Position numbers and translations under genes: made by a program. From positions 2,650 through 66,649 of IMG/VR virus record IMGVR_UViG_3300007734_000749: a stretch of DNA of 64,000 nucleotides. One strand, 5' to 3'. How positions within the stretch are numbered: the first letter of the stretch is position 1; each line of letters opens with the position of its first letter. This DNA comes from a virus. Below the pieces are notes generated by a model. The model made no database searches and was not told the origin of the DNA. It saw nothing but the letters and a program-made list of their open reading frames with translations. This document shows positions 37,097 to 46,309 of this stretch, one piece after another.

Positions 37097-40000
37097 TGTC
37101 AGGTTCAGCAGGAGGAAATAGAATTCCTAGAGAAGCAGTACAAGCTACTGTAAATGATTATATAGATAAAGTTTTATCTAAATATCCTGGCTTTAAATCT
37201 GCTAAAATTACTGGTTCCTATAATACCAGTAAAAAATCAGATTTTGGAGATATTGATTTAATTGTTCAAATTGACGGTGAAGACAAAAAACTAATTAAAC
37301 AAGACCTAGCCAAATTCTTTACCTCATTCCCAGATTCTATAATAGTACCATTTAAAAGTGAAAAATACAGTGGTAAAAAATTTATGAATACTGGAGAATT
37401 AGTAACTATACTTTATCCAATAATAGGATTTGAAGACCAATACGCTCAAATAGATAATATTATATCGGTAAGTGAAGAAGAATCTGTTTTTAAAAATTCT
37501 TTTCTTGATTATCCTGCTGAAATACAAGGTTTACTTTTAGGCCTAGCTAAAGTAATATGCCTTGAAGAAAACCCAAAAGATATATTTAAGCGATTAGGCA
37601 TTACCAATGTCCCTGAATTAGAAGAAAATCAAGAATACGAGTTTAATCTCTCCAGTTCAGGTTTAACATTACGTATAGTTACTTTAGATAACTTTAAAGA
37701 AACAGACCGCACTGAGGTTTGGAAAACCTCTAATTGGGGTAAAATTAAACTCCTTTTTCAAAACTACAATATTGATTCTGATTTCCCTACCCTCCTTTCA
37801 GATTTATCTAAAAAACTAACAAATTCTAGATCTAAAACTAGAGTAAAAGGTATATTTAAATCTATGGTATCTATTAAAAGTGGAGAAGTAGGTACTGCTA
37901 AAGGAGATAATAAAGCTAAAGCAATACAAAGTGTAGATTCATTATTAGAAAATAAACTTTGCAAAGGATTAGTTGAATCTCTTATTACCCCTTTTCTTAT
38001 TGAAGATCAAGAAACAACAGGTAAAACTTTAATAAAATTTTCCCCTGATGAAACCGTAGCCCTCTACCCAGGCAAATTCAAACCACCACATAAAGGACAT
38101 TTAGATGTAGTTAATCAACTTACTCAAATAGCTGATAAAGTGTATGTTATAATTTCTCCTAAAACACATGAAGGAATAACATCTAATCAAAGTTTAGCCA
38201 TTTGGGAAAATTTATATGCTCCTTTAATTCTAGATAAAAGTAAAGTTACTTTCTTAATAGCCAGAATTTCCCCTATAGGAGATACATATGATATAATTGA
38301 AGCTAACCCTGAAACTAATTTTATAGCAGCATACGGAAAGGATGAAGTAGGTAGATATCAAAGTAAATTTAAATCTGATAAAGTAAATATATATAATGCT
38401 GGAGAAATAGAGGGAGTAAATTCAACTAAACTTCGTCAAGCTTTATTTTCTCAAGGAGATATAACTCCTTATATCCCTGAAGAAGTATCTTCTGTAAAAT
38501 ATTTAGAAACTTTAGGATTATTATTACATGAAAACATAGAAGAATATAAAAACAAAACATCCCTTAATCCTTCTGTATTCTCAGATCTAGAAATAAAACC
38601 TAAAGTAAAAGATGCATTATTAAAAATAGCTAATCGTTTTTGGGATTCCCTTGATTTAGACATTAAATATGAAGACATACTTCTTCTAGGTAGCTCAGCT
38701 AATTACAATTGGACTCCATACTCAGATATTGATTTACACATTTTAGTAGATTTTGACCAATTTGAAGACCCTGAAATAGCTAAAAAATATTTTGACTCAG
38801 CAAAATCTAGATTTAATGATGCTCATGATTTAAAAATAAAGAAAAACGATATTGAAGTATATATTCAAAATTCTAAAGAACCTAATGCTAGTGTAGGTGT
38901 TTATTCTTTATTAAATAATAAATGGCTTCAAGAACCAACATATGAAAAAATAGAAATTCCTGATAAAGATATAGAAAATAAGGCTAAACCTTATAAACAA
39001 CAGATAGATAAGATTATCAATACTAAACCTACTCCTAAAAATTATGATTCTTTAGTAGATAAAATAGATAAACTTCAAGAAAAAATTAAAAAGTTTAGAC
39101 AAACAGGTTTACAAGATGAAGGAGAATATTCTATAGAAAATTTAGCATTTAAAAATCTTAGAAATACAAAATATATAGAAAAACTTTTTAACTTTAAAAA
39201 TGAGATAACTGATAAAATTTTATCAATAAACGAAATTTTCAATCAACCCGTAGATTCATATTCATTTTCTTCCGAAAACGGAGAACAATACTCTTTCACT
39301 ACAGAAAATAACGAAATATACACTGTAGAAATTTTACCTGCTTCTGAAAATAGGATTTTTATAGATTTTGGTGTTCAAATCCCTGATGATATTGATTATA
39401 GTACTACCAATAAAGGAGATTTATATAAAGTAATGTCTACTATTATTGCAATTACTAAAGATTATATAGATAGACATCCTGAAGTAGAAATTATATCGTG
39501 GCAATCTATAGGAAAAACAGGAGAAACTAAAATAGGAGATACACAAAGAGATAAACTTTATAAACTTATTCTTAAAAGACAAGGTGGTCTTAAAGATGAT
39601 GACATTGTATTTAAAAATGGAGAATGGTGGGCATACTTAAAAGGTTACGATACTGTATTTGAAGGATATGCTGTTCGTTATACTGATGCTCCATTAGAAA
39701 CCTTTACTTATAAAGATCTTCTAGCAGTAGGTTCTCACGCAACCTCACAACTCTCCCCAGCTAACCTTGTTTTTTCAAACCATTTTTTAGATCGTGTTAA
39801 GGAAAGAGGAATCACCAAACAAGAACTTATTGATTTCTTTACTCACTTAAACCAAAACCCAGAAGCAAAGAAAAAATTATTTTCTAAATTACAAAATTAT
39901 GATGATGAATTATTAGCTACTGATTCTAAAACTAGTATAAATATACCATTAGCTAAAAAAGGAGGTAAAGATATTAAAGCTATTACTGTTATGAGAAAAA

Positions 40001-40893
40001 AAGGGTTTAGGCCTAATAATCCTAATGACCCTCACATTGTATTTGAAGATAAAAAAGATTTCTTTGGTTTAAATGAATACGCTAGAGAATTAGCTACTGA
40101 CTTAACAGAAGCAGACCCTAAAACAGGTACTGGTAAAAAACCAAAAGGATCAGGTCGTCGTTTGTATACTGATGAAAATCCTAAAGACACTGTATCTATT
40201 AAATTTAAAACTAAAGAAGACATAGCTGCTACTTTAAATAAAGCATCATTTAAGTCAAAATCTCATGCTCGTCAATCTCAAATTATTAATTTAATACACC
40301 AACGAGTTAGAGCAGCATATCAAAATGCTAAAGATCCTGAAGTTAAAAAACGTTTAAAACGTGCTTTAGAATATATTACTAAACGTAAAGAAACTTCTAA
40401 AAAGAAAACTAAGCGTTTACAAAAATTAACTGAAGCAAATAATATAAAAACTTCTAAGGCCCAATACGCTGTTAAAATATTAGTGTTAGATTCTATGGAT
40501 AAATTTGGAACTCAAGACTATTTACCATATATTAAGATGTTAACTCAATATATGATAGATAATGGATTAAATATTAATCCTTTACCTAAATTAATTTTTA
40601 TTGATAATGATGTAGAAAACGCTAATAATATATTAGGTCGTACTGCCCATTATGATCCTAATAATAAATGTATTACTTTGTTTACATATGGGCGACATCC
40701 AAAAGATGTATTACGTTCATATGCTCATGAAATGATTCATCATTTACAAAATTTAGAAAATAGAATAGTAAATGTTAAAACTTTTAATATCAATGAAGAT
40801 GATTATTTAAAAGAATTAGAACGTGAAGCATATGAAAAAGGAAATCTCATGTTTAGAGGATGGGAAAATAATTTAAAATCACAAAATGATTAA
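37096..40893 (+). CDS. multidomain protein: NTase + HxGH cytidylyltransferase-like + second NTase + unknown module + RNase-like module + basic module + HExxH metallopeptidase
   Basis: GSYN..SDFGDIDL (37213), YPGKFKPPHKGH (38065), LLGSSANYNW..YSDIDLH (38680), HFLDRVKERG/ITVMRK (39781/39982), HEMIHH (40726). Confidence 0.75.
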   Translation: MSGSAGGNRIPREAVQATVNDYIDKVLSKYPGFKSAKITGSYNTSKKSDFGDIDLIVQIDGEDKKLIKQDLAKFFTSFPDSIIVPFKSEKYSGKKFMNTGELVTILYPIIGFEDQYAQIDNIISVSEEESVFKNSFLDYPAEIQGLLLGLAKVICLEENPKDIFKRLGITNVPELEENQEYEFNLSSSGLTLRIVTLDNFKETDRTEVWKTSNWGKIKLLFQNYNIDSDFPTLLSDLSKKLTNSRSKTRVKGIFKSMVSIKSGEVGTAKGDNKAKAIQSVDSLLENKLCKGLVESLITPFLIEDQETTGKTLIKFSPDETVALYPGKFKPPHKGHLDVVNQLTQIADKVYVIISPKTHEGITSNQSLAIWENLYAPLILDKSKVTFLIARISPIGDTYDIIEANPETNFIAAYGKDEVGRYQSKFKSDKVNIYNAGEIEGVNSTKLRQALFSQGDITPYIPEEVSSVKYLETLGLLLHENIEEYKNKTSLNPSVFSDLEIKPKVKDALLKIANRFWDSLDLDIKYEDILLLGSSANYNWTPYSDIDLHILVDFDQFEDPEIAKKYFDSAKSRFNDAHDLKIKKNDIEVYIQNSKEPNASVGVYSLLNNKWLQEPTYEKIEIPDKDIENKAKPYKQQIDKIINTKPTPKNYDSLVDKIDKLQEKIKKFRQTGLQDEGEYSIENLAFKNLRNTKYIEKLFNFKNEITDKILSINEIFNQPVDSYSFSSENGEQYSFTTENNEIYTVEILPASENRIFIDFGVQIPDDIDYSTTNKGDLYKVMSTIIAITKDYIDRHPEVEIISWQSIGKTGETKIGDTQRDKLYKLILKRQGGLKDDDIVFKNGEWWAYLKGYDTVFEGYAVRYTDAPLETFTYKDLLAVGSHATSQLSPANLVFSNHFLDRVKERGITKQELIDFFTHLNQNPEAKKKLFSKLQNYDDELLATDSKTSINIPLAKKGGKDIKAITVMRKKGFRPNNPNDPHIVFEDKKDFFGLNEYARELATDLTEADPKTGTGKKPKGSGRRLYTDENPKDTVSIKFKTKEDIAATLNKASFKSKSHARQSQIINLIHQRVRAAYQNAKDPEVKKRLKRALEYITKRKETSKKKTKRLQKLTEANNIKTSKAQYAVKILVLDSMDKFGTQDYLPYIKMLTQYMIDNGLNINPLPKLIFIDNDVENANNILGRTAHYDPNNKCITLFTYGRHPKDVLRSYAHEMIHHLQNLENRIVNVKTFNINEDDYLKELEREAYEKGNLMFRGWENNLKSQND

Positions 40894-41422
40894 ATTAGTT
40901 GAACTATATAAAAATAATCTTACCCCAAATTATATTATATATTGTGATATGGATGGGGTAATTTGTGATTTTGATGCCCGTTTTGATTACTTTACAGGAA
41001 TGTCTCCTAAAGAATATGAAGAAAAATTTGGAATTAAAAAATTCTGGAACTTAATTGATGATCAAATTGGAATAGAATTTTGGTCTAAAATCCCATGGAT
41101 GCCCGAAGGAAAAATTTTATGGGAATACATCAGAAAATATAATCCTATCCTCCTCTCAGCTCCTTCTCAAAATAATGAATCTAGAATAGGAAAACGAATT
41201 TGGGTTGAAACTCATATAAACAAATATCTCCCACCTCCTGCTCCAAAAATTAAATTAATTTTAGCATCTAGAGAAAACAAACAAAATTATTCTGAAAAAA
41301 ACTCAATACTTATAGACGACAGAGAAGACACTATTAAGGAATGGAATTCTCGTGGTGGTATTGGAATATTATTTGAATCAACTGAACAAACTATAAATGA
41401 TTTAAAAAAATTAGGACTATAA
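40886..41422 (+). CDS. HAD-family 5'(3')-nucleotidase-like phosphatase
   Basis: DMDGVICDF, LS, K, LIDD motifs. Confidence 0.85.
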   Translation: MIKLVELYKNNLTPNYIIYCDMDGVICDFDARFDYFTGMSPKEYEEKFGIKKFWNLIDDQIGIEFWSKIPWMPEGKILWEYIRKYNPILLSAPSQNNESRIGKRIWVETHINKYLPPPAPKIKLILASRENKQNYSEKNSILIDDREDTIKEWNSRGGIGILFESTEQTINDLKKLGL

Positions 41423-41423
41423 A

Positions 41424-41993
41424 ATGGCTAATAATGTTTTAAAAAAAGAATTTCAACGTAAAGATGTAGAACGTCTTCGTAACCTAATGAAAGGTAAATA
41501 TGGAGAAAAAACAACTGTTGGAACAGGTTATACTAAACAACAAGAATTTCATGAAGAAGGAGATATATGGAATGAAAATGACCGTGTGTGGACTATTAAA
41601 AATGGTATAAAACAAAATATTACTAAACTAGATAAAGCAAAAGAATTAATTCATGTTCCTTTATTTTGTCCTTGTTGTAATAAAATTATGAAAAATAGAC
41701 ATGATAAACCTTTTTATCTCCAATATAAAAGATGTTTTAATTGTCAAATAGAATTTGAAACAGAACTTAAAATTAAAGGTTTATGGGAAGAATATGAAAA
41801 AAACATCCTTAATTCAGATATTGATGGAATGATAAATGAATTTAATATTTGGATGGATGAAGAAATAAATGAATCCAATAACTCATACATTACTGAAGCT
41901 GGAGATGTTGAGCGTTGGGTAGGTTCTTTAAAGAAGAAGTTGCTAGAAAATAAAGAAGAAACAATTAAGTACCTACAAAATTTAAAAAAGTAA
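41424..41993 (+). CDS. conserved hypothetical protein with Zn finger
   Basis: CPCC...CFNC; WTIKNGIKQ motif. Confidence 0.65.
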   Translation: MANNVLKKEFQRKDVERLRNLMKGKYGEKTTVGTGYTKQQEFHEEGDIWNENDRVWTIKNGIKQNITKLDKAKELIHVPLFCPCCNKIMKNRHDKPFYLQYKRCFNCQIEFETELKIKGLWEEYEKNILNSDIDGMINEFNIWMDEEINESNNSYITEAGDVERWVGSLKKKLLENKEETIKYLQNLKK

Positions 41994-42601
41994 TGGAATT
42001 TATCATACCTATTACAATTGCATTAACTACATCTGTATTTGGTCCTATTCTAGTAGAATGGACTAAAAGAAAATTTTTTACTAAACAAACTGATCCTTTA
42101 CATGATGCAATTATCCATAATGAATTAATAGAACAACAATTAGATTTAATTTTAAAAGAAATTGATTGTGATCAAATTTACATAGCCCAATTCCATAATG
42201 GTGGACACTTTTACCCTACAGGAAAATCAATTCAAAAATTTTCTGTATTTTATGAGGTTGCTACCCCAAATGTAACCCCACTAAAAACCTCACTACAAAA
42301 CATCCCCGTATCCTTATTTAGCAAACAATTTTCTATGTTATATGAACATGGAGAAATTATAATTGAAAACACCACCCAGGACCCTACTTATGGGCTTGAA
42401 GCATTTCAAATTGAAAATCCATGTAAATCTGTTTATTTATTTGCTATAAAAGATTTAGATGATAGAATTGTTGGGTTAATGGGGATACATTTTACTGAAA
42501 CTTCTCATAAATTTACAACAGAAGAATGGATATTTATAAGACAGAAAATGGGTGCCATTGGAAATTTAATGAGCAACTATTTAAATAATAAAAAATCTTA
42601 A
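41993..42601 (+). CDS. single-TM protein with GAF-like domain (T4 T-holin-like architecture)
   Basis: N-terminal TM; QFHNGG, KFSVFYE, PCKSVYLFAI...VGLMGI pattern. Confidence 0.55.
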   Translation: MEFIIPITIALTTSVFGPILVEWTKRKFFTKQTDPLHDAIIHNELIEQQLDLILKEIDCDQIYIAQFHNGGHFYPTGKSIQKFSVFYEVATPNVTPLKTSLQNIPVSLFSKQFSMLYEHGEIIIENTTQDPTYGLEAFQIENPCKSVYLFAIKDLDDRIVGLMGIHFTETSHKFTTEEWIFIRQKMGAIGNLMSNYLNNKKS

Positions 42602-42604
42602 ATA

Positions 42605-43003
42605 ATGGATAATTTCGATATGAGAAAATGGAGACGCTCTTTTTTATTTGAAGGAGAAATGTCTTCTGCTCCTTATACTAAAAAAATTGGGGATTTAACT
42701 TGGGAAGATGTAGCTGGTCTTAGTCTTCCTACTGGTGAATCTGGAGGAGTAATGAATACAATGGATGATCGTGACATGTTTAGTCCTGAAAGGAAAGAAT
42801 CTATGCTTAATAACTGGAAAGCAAGAATATCTAAGTCATTTCCTAATGCTTTAAATATGGATATTACTATTGATAGAAATAACCCAACATGGTTTGAACG
42901 AGCAGTTATTACTGACCCTGAATATGTTGAGACAATGAAAAAGAAAGAAGATGCTTTCCAAGCTGAATACGACAGATATAGAGGAAGTTATCAAGGAGAT
43001 TAA
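42605..43003 (+). CDS. hypothetical protein
   Basis: MDNFDMRKW...LFE|G leader. Confidence 0.65.
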   Translation: MDNFDMRKWRRSFLFEGEMSSAPYTKKIGDLTWEDVAGLSLPTGESGGVMNTMDDRDMFSPERKESMLNNWKARISKSFPNALNMDITIDRNNPTWFERAVITDPEYVETMKKKEDAFQAEYDRYRGSYQGD

Positions 43004-43021
43004 TAAAAAAATACAACAAAC

Positions 43022-43417
43022 ATGGATATTACTTTAATTAAAAACAACCCTAATGACCTAGGAAAATTAGTTTCTTTTCTATTTCATTCCCGCACCCAAG
43101 CTCATGTCTATCATCTCCAAACCCCATCATTTGCAGCACATAATGCTTTAAATGCTTTTTATGATGGTATTATAGGTTTAACAGATGGTTTAGTAGAATC
43201 ATACCAAGGAAAATATGGTATTATTACTGGATATGAAACATATGATCTATTAGAATACAACAGCTGTGAAGAAATTATCATGTTCTTTCAAAGCCTTTGT
43301 AATACTATAGAAAAACTTCGTATGTCTGTTCCTCAAGACACATACATCCAAAATCAAATTGATGAAATAGTTGCTCTTGTTACTTCTACTATTTATAAAC
43401 TTAAATTCTTAAAATAA
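43022..43417 (+). CDS. ferritin/Dps-like four-helix protein
   Basis: HVYHLQT.SFAAH.AL..FYD...D.LVESYQG and YKL.FL motifs. Confidence 0.7.
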   Translation: MDITLIKNNPNDLGKLVSFLFHSRTQAHVYHLQTPSFAAHNALNAFYDGIIGLTDGLVESYQGKYGIITGYETYDLLEYNSCEEIIMFFQSLCNTIEKLRMSVPQDTYIQNQIDEIVALVTSTIYKLKFLK

Positions 43418-43758
43418 TGGTAGATTATAAAGAACTTTTAGCAATGCTTCTTAGTACTCCTAAAGGACAAATATTTCAAAATGATCCTCGTTTTAAAGTA
43501 CAAGATAATGAACCTGAAGAAGAAGTAAAAAACAAATATTTAATGCTTCAAAATGTAATAAGAATGGGCAAAAACCCAATTTCTATTACTCCATCATTAA
43601 CTGAAATGCTAGAAGAACTTGTTAATCAAACTTTAGAGGAAGAACTTTGCCCTGCTGGTAAAGCATACATAAAAAAAAGAAAAGCAGCTGGTGAAAAATC
43701 ATCCGCTTACCTCTCAGGTCGTGCTGTAAAAGTATGTAAAGGACAAATGAAAGGATAA
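43417..43758 (+). CDS. hypothetical protein with basic C-terminal Cys module
   Basis: LEE|ELCPAGKAY...SAYLSGRAVKVCKG. Confidence 0.65.
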   Translation: MVDYKELLAMLLSTPKGQIFQNDPRFKVQDNEPEEEVKNKYLMLQNVIRMGKNPISITPSLTEMLEELVNQTLEEELCPAGKAYIKKRKAAGEKSSAYLSGRAVKVCKGQMKG

Positions 43759-43759
43759 A

Positions 43760-44047
43760 ATGGACATCAATAGTATTCGTGAAATAATTCGTGAATCACT
43801 ACGTGATTGGTTCAAAAAAGAAAAATGGGTACGCATTGATACTCAAGGTAATATTACTGGTCCGTGCGGTACTATGAAAAAAGGTAAAGCAACTACTCGT
43901 TGCCTTCCTTATTCTAAAGCTAAAAATTTAACTAAAGCTGAACGTGCTGCTACTGCTAGAAAAAAAGTGGCAGGAAGTAAAAAAGGTAAACAGTTTGTTT
44001 CTAATACAAATAAAGCTAAAGTTAAATTTAGAAATAAAAAATCATAA
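43760..44047 (+). CDS. small basic protein
   Basis: IREIIRE|SLRDWFKKEKWV...PCG...CLP motif. Confidence 0.7.
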   Translation: MDINSIREIIRESLRDWFKKEKWVRIDTQGNITGPCGTMKKGKATTRCLPYSKAKNLTKAERAATARKKVAGSKKGKQFVSNTNKAKVKFRNKKS

Positions 44048-44067
44048 TATTTATTACAAAATATACA

Positions 44068-45219
44068 ATGGAAAATAATTCTTCTAATAATCTTATTTCT
44101 CGCATGCAAAAACTTGCAGGAATAATTACTGAAAACTCATATCTTCAAGACCCTAATCCTATATCTAACATTCAACAGATGAACCCTCAACAAAAACAGG
44201 ATAAAGATATTGAATGGGCTAATATGGATTACGAAGAAAAAACTAATCTTCTCCTCCAATATGTCCCAGACCCGGATAAAGCTGCATTATATGCTGATTA
44301 TGCCTGGGACAACTTACCAGATTTTCTTATAGCAAGTTTAGGAAATGTTGATTTAACTCCACAAGGTAGTCTTGAACCAATCAATGAAGAATTAGATGAA
44401 ATTTTAGCTTTACTAGAAAAAGCTGAAAAAAAAGATAAAGAAGAAGAAACTTCTGAAGAAGAAACCCCTGAAGAAACACCTGCAGAAGAAGAAACCCCTG
44501 AAGAAACCCCAGCAGAAGAAACACCCGAGGGTGAAGGAAGTGGAGATGTAAAACAAGTACAAAATGCTTTAGAACAAGCATATAATAGTGCTAAAGGATT
44601 AAATGATGAAAAACTCACAAATCAAATAGCTAATACTATTACTTATTTTACTAAAACTCAAATTCTTAAACAAACCGAAAAAGAAGAAGAAATTACTGAA
44701 GATATATTTTCATCCTTAGTAAAAGAAATCGCCCCCAAACCAGACCCAAAACAAGATAAAGTTGGAGGAAATACAAGTGCTCTAGTTACTGCATTAAAAG
44801 GTCTTGATGTCCCTGGATTAAACTCCCAATTATTAGGATCATCCCTTACTAAAATCAAACAGGGTGTTCCTGGAGATAAACTCAGCACTGGTGAATTAAA
44901 AGAAATCTCTAAAGTATTTGCCCAAATGATTCGAACAGGAAATGATAGTGCAATTAATAAAATTGCAGCAGCATTAAGAAGTATTGAATCTAAAGCAGGT
45001 AAAGAAGCATCAGCTCCAAATAAAAAAGAATTAAAAGAACAATTAATTCGTAAAATTGAAAGACTTCTTATAGAAAAACTTTCAAAAAAAGAAATGAGTG
45101 AAAAAGAAAAAATCGTAAAAGCTCTTAAATCTAATAAAAAAGATTTTGTAAAGAGATATGGTAAAGATGCTCAAAACGTAATGTATGCTACTGCTACTAA
45201 AATGGCTAAAAACAAATAA
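44068..45219 (+). CDS. candidate internal head protein with KLAGI motif and EETP repeats
   Basis: RMQKLAGIITEN near N-terminus; acidic EETP tract; C-terminal RYGKDA..VMYATATKMAK module. Confidence 0.65.
   Translation: MENNSSNNLISRMQKLAGIITENSYLQDPNPISNIQQMNPQQKQDKDIEWANMDYEEKTNLLLQYVPDPDKAALYADYAWDNLPDFLIASLGNVDLTPQGSLEPINEELDEILALLEKAEKKDKEEETSEEETPEETPAEEETPEETPAEETPEGEGSGDVKQVQNALEQAYNSAKGLNDEKLTNQIANTITYFTKTQILKQTEKEEEITEDIFSSLVKEIAPKPDPKQDKVGGNTSALVTALKGLDVPGLNSQLLGSSLTKIKQGVPGDKLSTGELKEISKVFAQMIRTGNDSAINKIAAALRSIESKAGKEASAPNKKELKEQLIRKIERLLIEKLSKKEMSEKEKIVKALKSNKKDFVKRYGKDAQNVMYATATKMAKNK
44443..44530 (+). repeat. coding tandem repeat GAAGAAAC(A/C)CC (EETP)
   Basis: Repeated units inside 44068..45219. 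Confidence 0.8.
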
Positions 45220-45734
45220 TGACTAAAAAAGAATTAAGAGATAGTATTAAAGCAGTTGCTAAAGAACTATATAAATCTATTAACACAAAAGTAGATTTAG
45301 ATACTTCTTTTACAGGAGTATCTCTAGATATTGAAAGATATCCATTATTAGCAAAATTTCCATCTTTAAGAATTACTATAGAAAAACTTCTTACATCTCA
45401 ATATGATTTGTTTATAGAAGATATTTTATGGGTAGCACCTCGCCCTACTACTTTTAAGGTTGTTTTTAATAATGGTCAATCTTTTTATTTAATATCTCAC
45501 TCTGATGGGTTTATAGCTAAAGTAGAAGGTAAAAAATATTTCCTTAATACTTTTAATGATTTAGATAGAGCATCAGATGCTATATCACGTATACTTTCTT
45601 ATGGCTCTGCTGCCGCTCCAGAAGGAGAAACTCCAGCAGAAGAGACTCCAACTGAAGAAACACCTACAGAAGAAACCCCAACAGAAGAAACACCTGAGGA
45701 AACACCTGAGGAAACACCTGAAGAAACAGCATAA
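45219..45734 (+). CDS. hypothetical protein with EETP-repeat tail
   Basis: WVAPRPTTFKV core; C-terminal (EETP)n at 45626-45731. Confidence 0.7.
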   Translation: MTKKELRDSIKAVAKELYKSINTKVDLDTSFTGVSLDIERYPLLAKFPSLRITIEKLLTSQYDLFIEDILWVAPRPTTFKVVFNNGQSFYLISHSDGFIAKVEGKKYFLNTFNDLDRASDAISRILSYGSAAAPEGETPAEETPTEETPTEETPTEETPEETPEETPEETA

Positions 45735-45758
45735 TAATAAAAATAAATTCAACCAATC

Positions 45759-46292
45759 ATGAAAAATAATAATATAATCACAGAACAACAAGTAGAACAA
45801 ATTATACAAGAACTTATTGAAGAAGGATTTTTTGATAGACTTAAAGCTACAGCCTCAGGAACATTTGCTGGATTAAAGCAAGGAGCTAAAAATTTTCAAT
45901 CATACATGAAAGGAGATCCTAAAGGTATACTTCCTCCTAAACTAATGAAAAATTTAAATAAATTAAGTTCCTCATTATCTACTGTTGAAAAATCCCTTAC
46001 AAGCGCTTCAAATGATTTTAATACCCTCTTCCCAGCTGGCTCTGAAGCAGATTTACCTAAAGGCTTAAGTGATGTTATATCCCAATATAAAAATACTTTA
46101 GAACAAACATTACAAGCTAGTACTGCTGTACTTGATATGGTTAAACAAGGAATTGCAGACCCACAAGCCCTTCTTAAGGCCTCTAAAAAATCCCCAGCAA
46201 AAAAATCTAAAAAACCAGCACCTAAACCTGCTGCTAAATCAGGTAAATCTACACCTAAACCAACTACTAAGTCTACTAGAAGAACCCCATAA
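45759..46292 (+). CDS. hypothetical protein with K/P-rich tail
   Basis: IIQELIEE|GFFDRLKA leader; histone H1-like tail. Confidence 0.65.
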   Translation: MKNNNIITEQQVEQIIQELIEEGFFDRLKATASGTFAGLKQGAKNFQSYMKGDPKGILPPKLMKNLNKLSSSLSTVEKSLTSASNDFNTLFPAGSEADLPKGLSDVISQYKNTLEQTLQASTAVLDMVKQGIADPQALLKASKKSPAKKSKKPAPKPAAKSGKSTPKPTTKSTRRTP

Positions 46293-46309
46293 TTATTTGT
46301 TTTTAAAAC

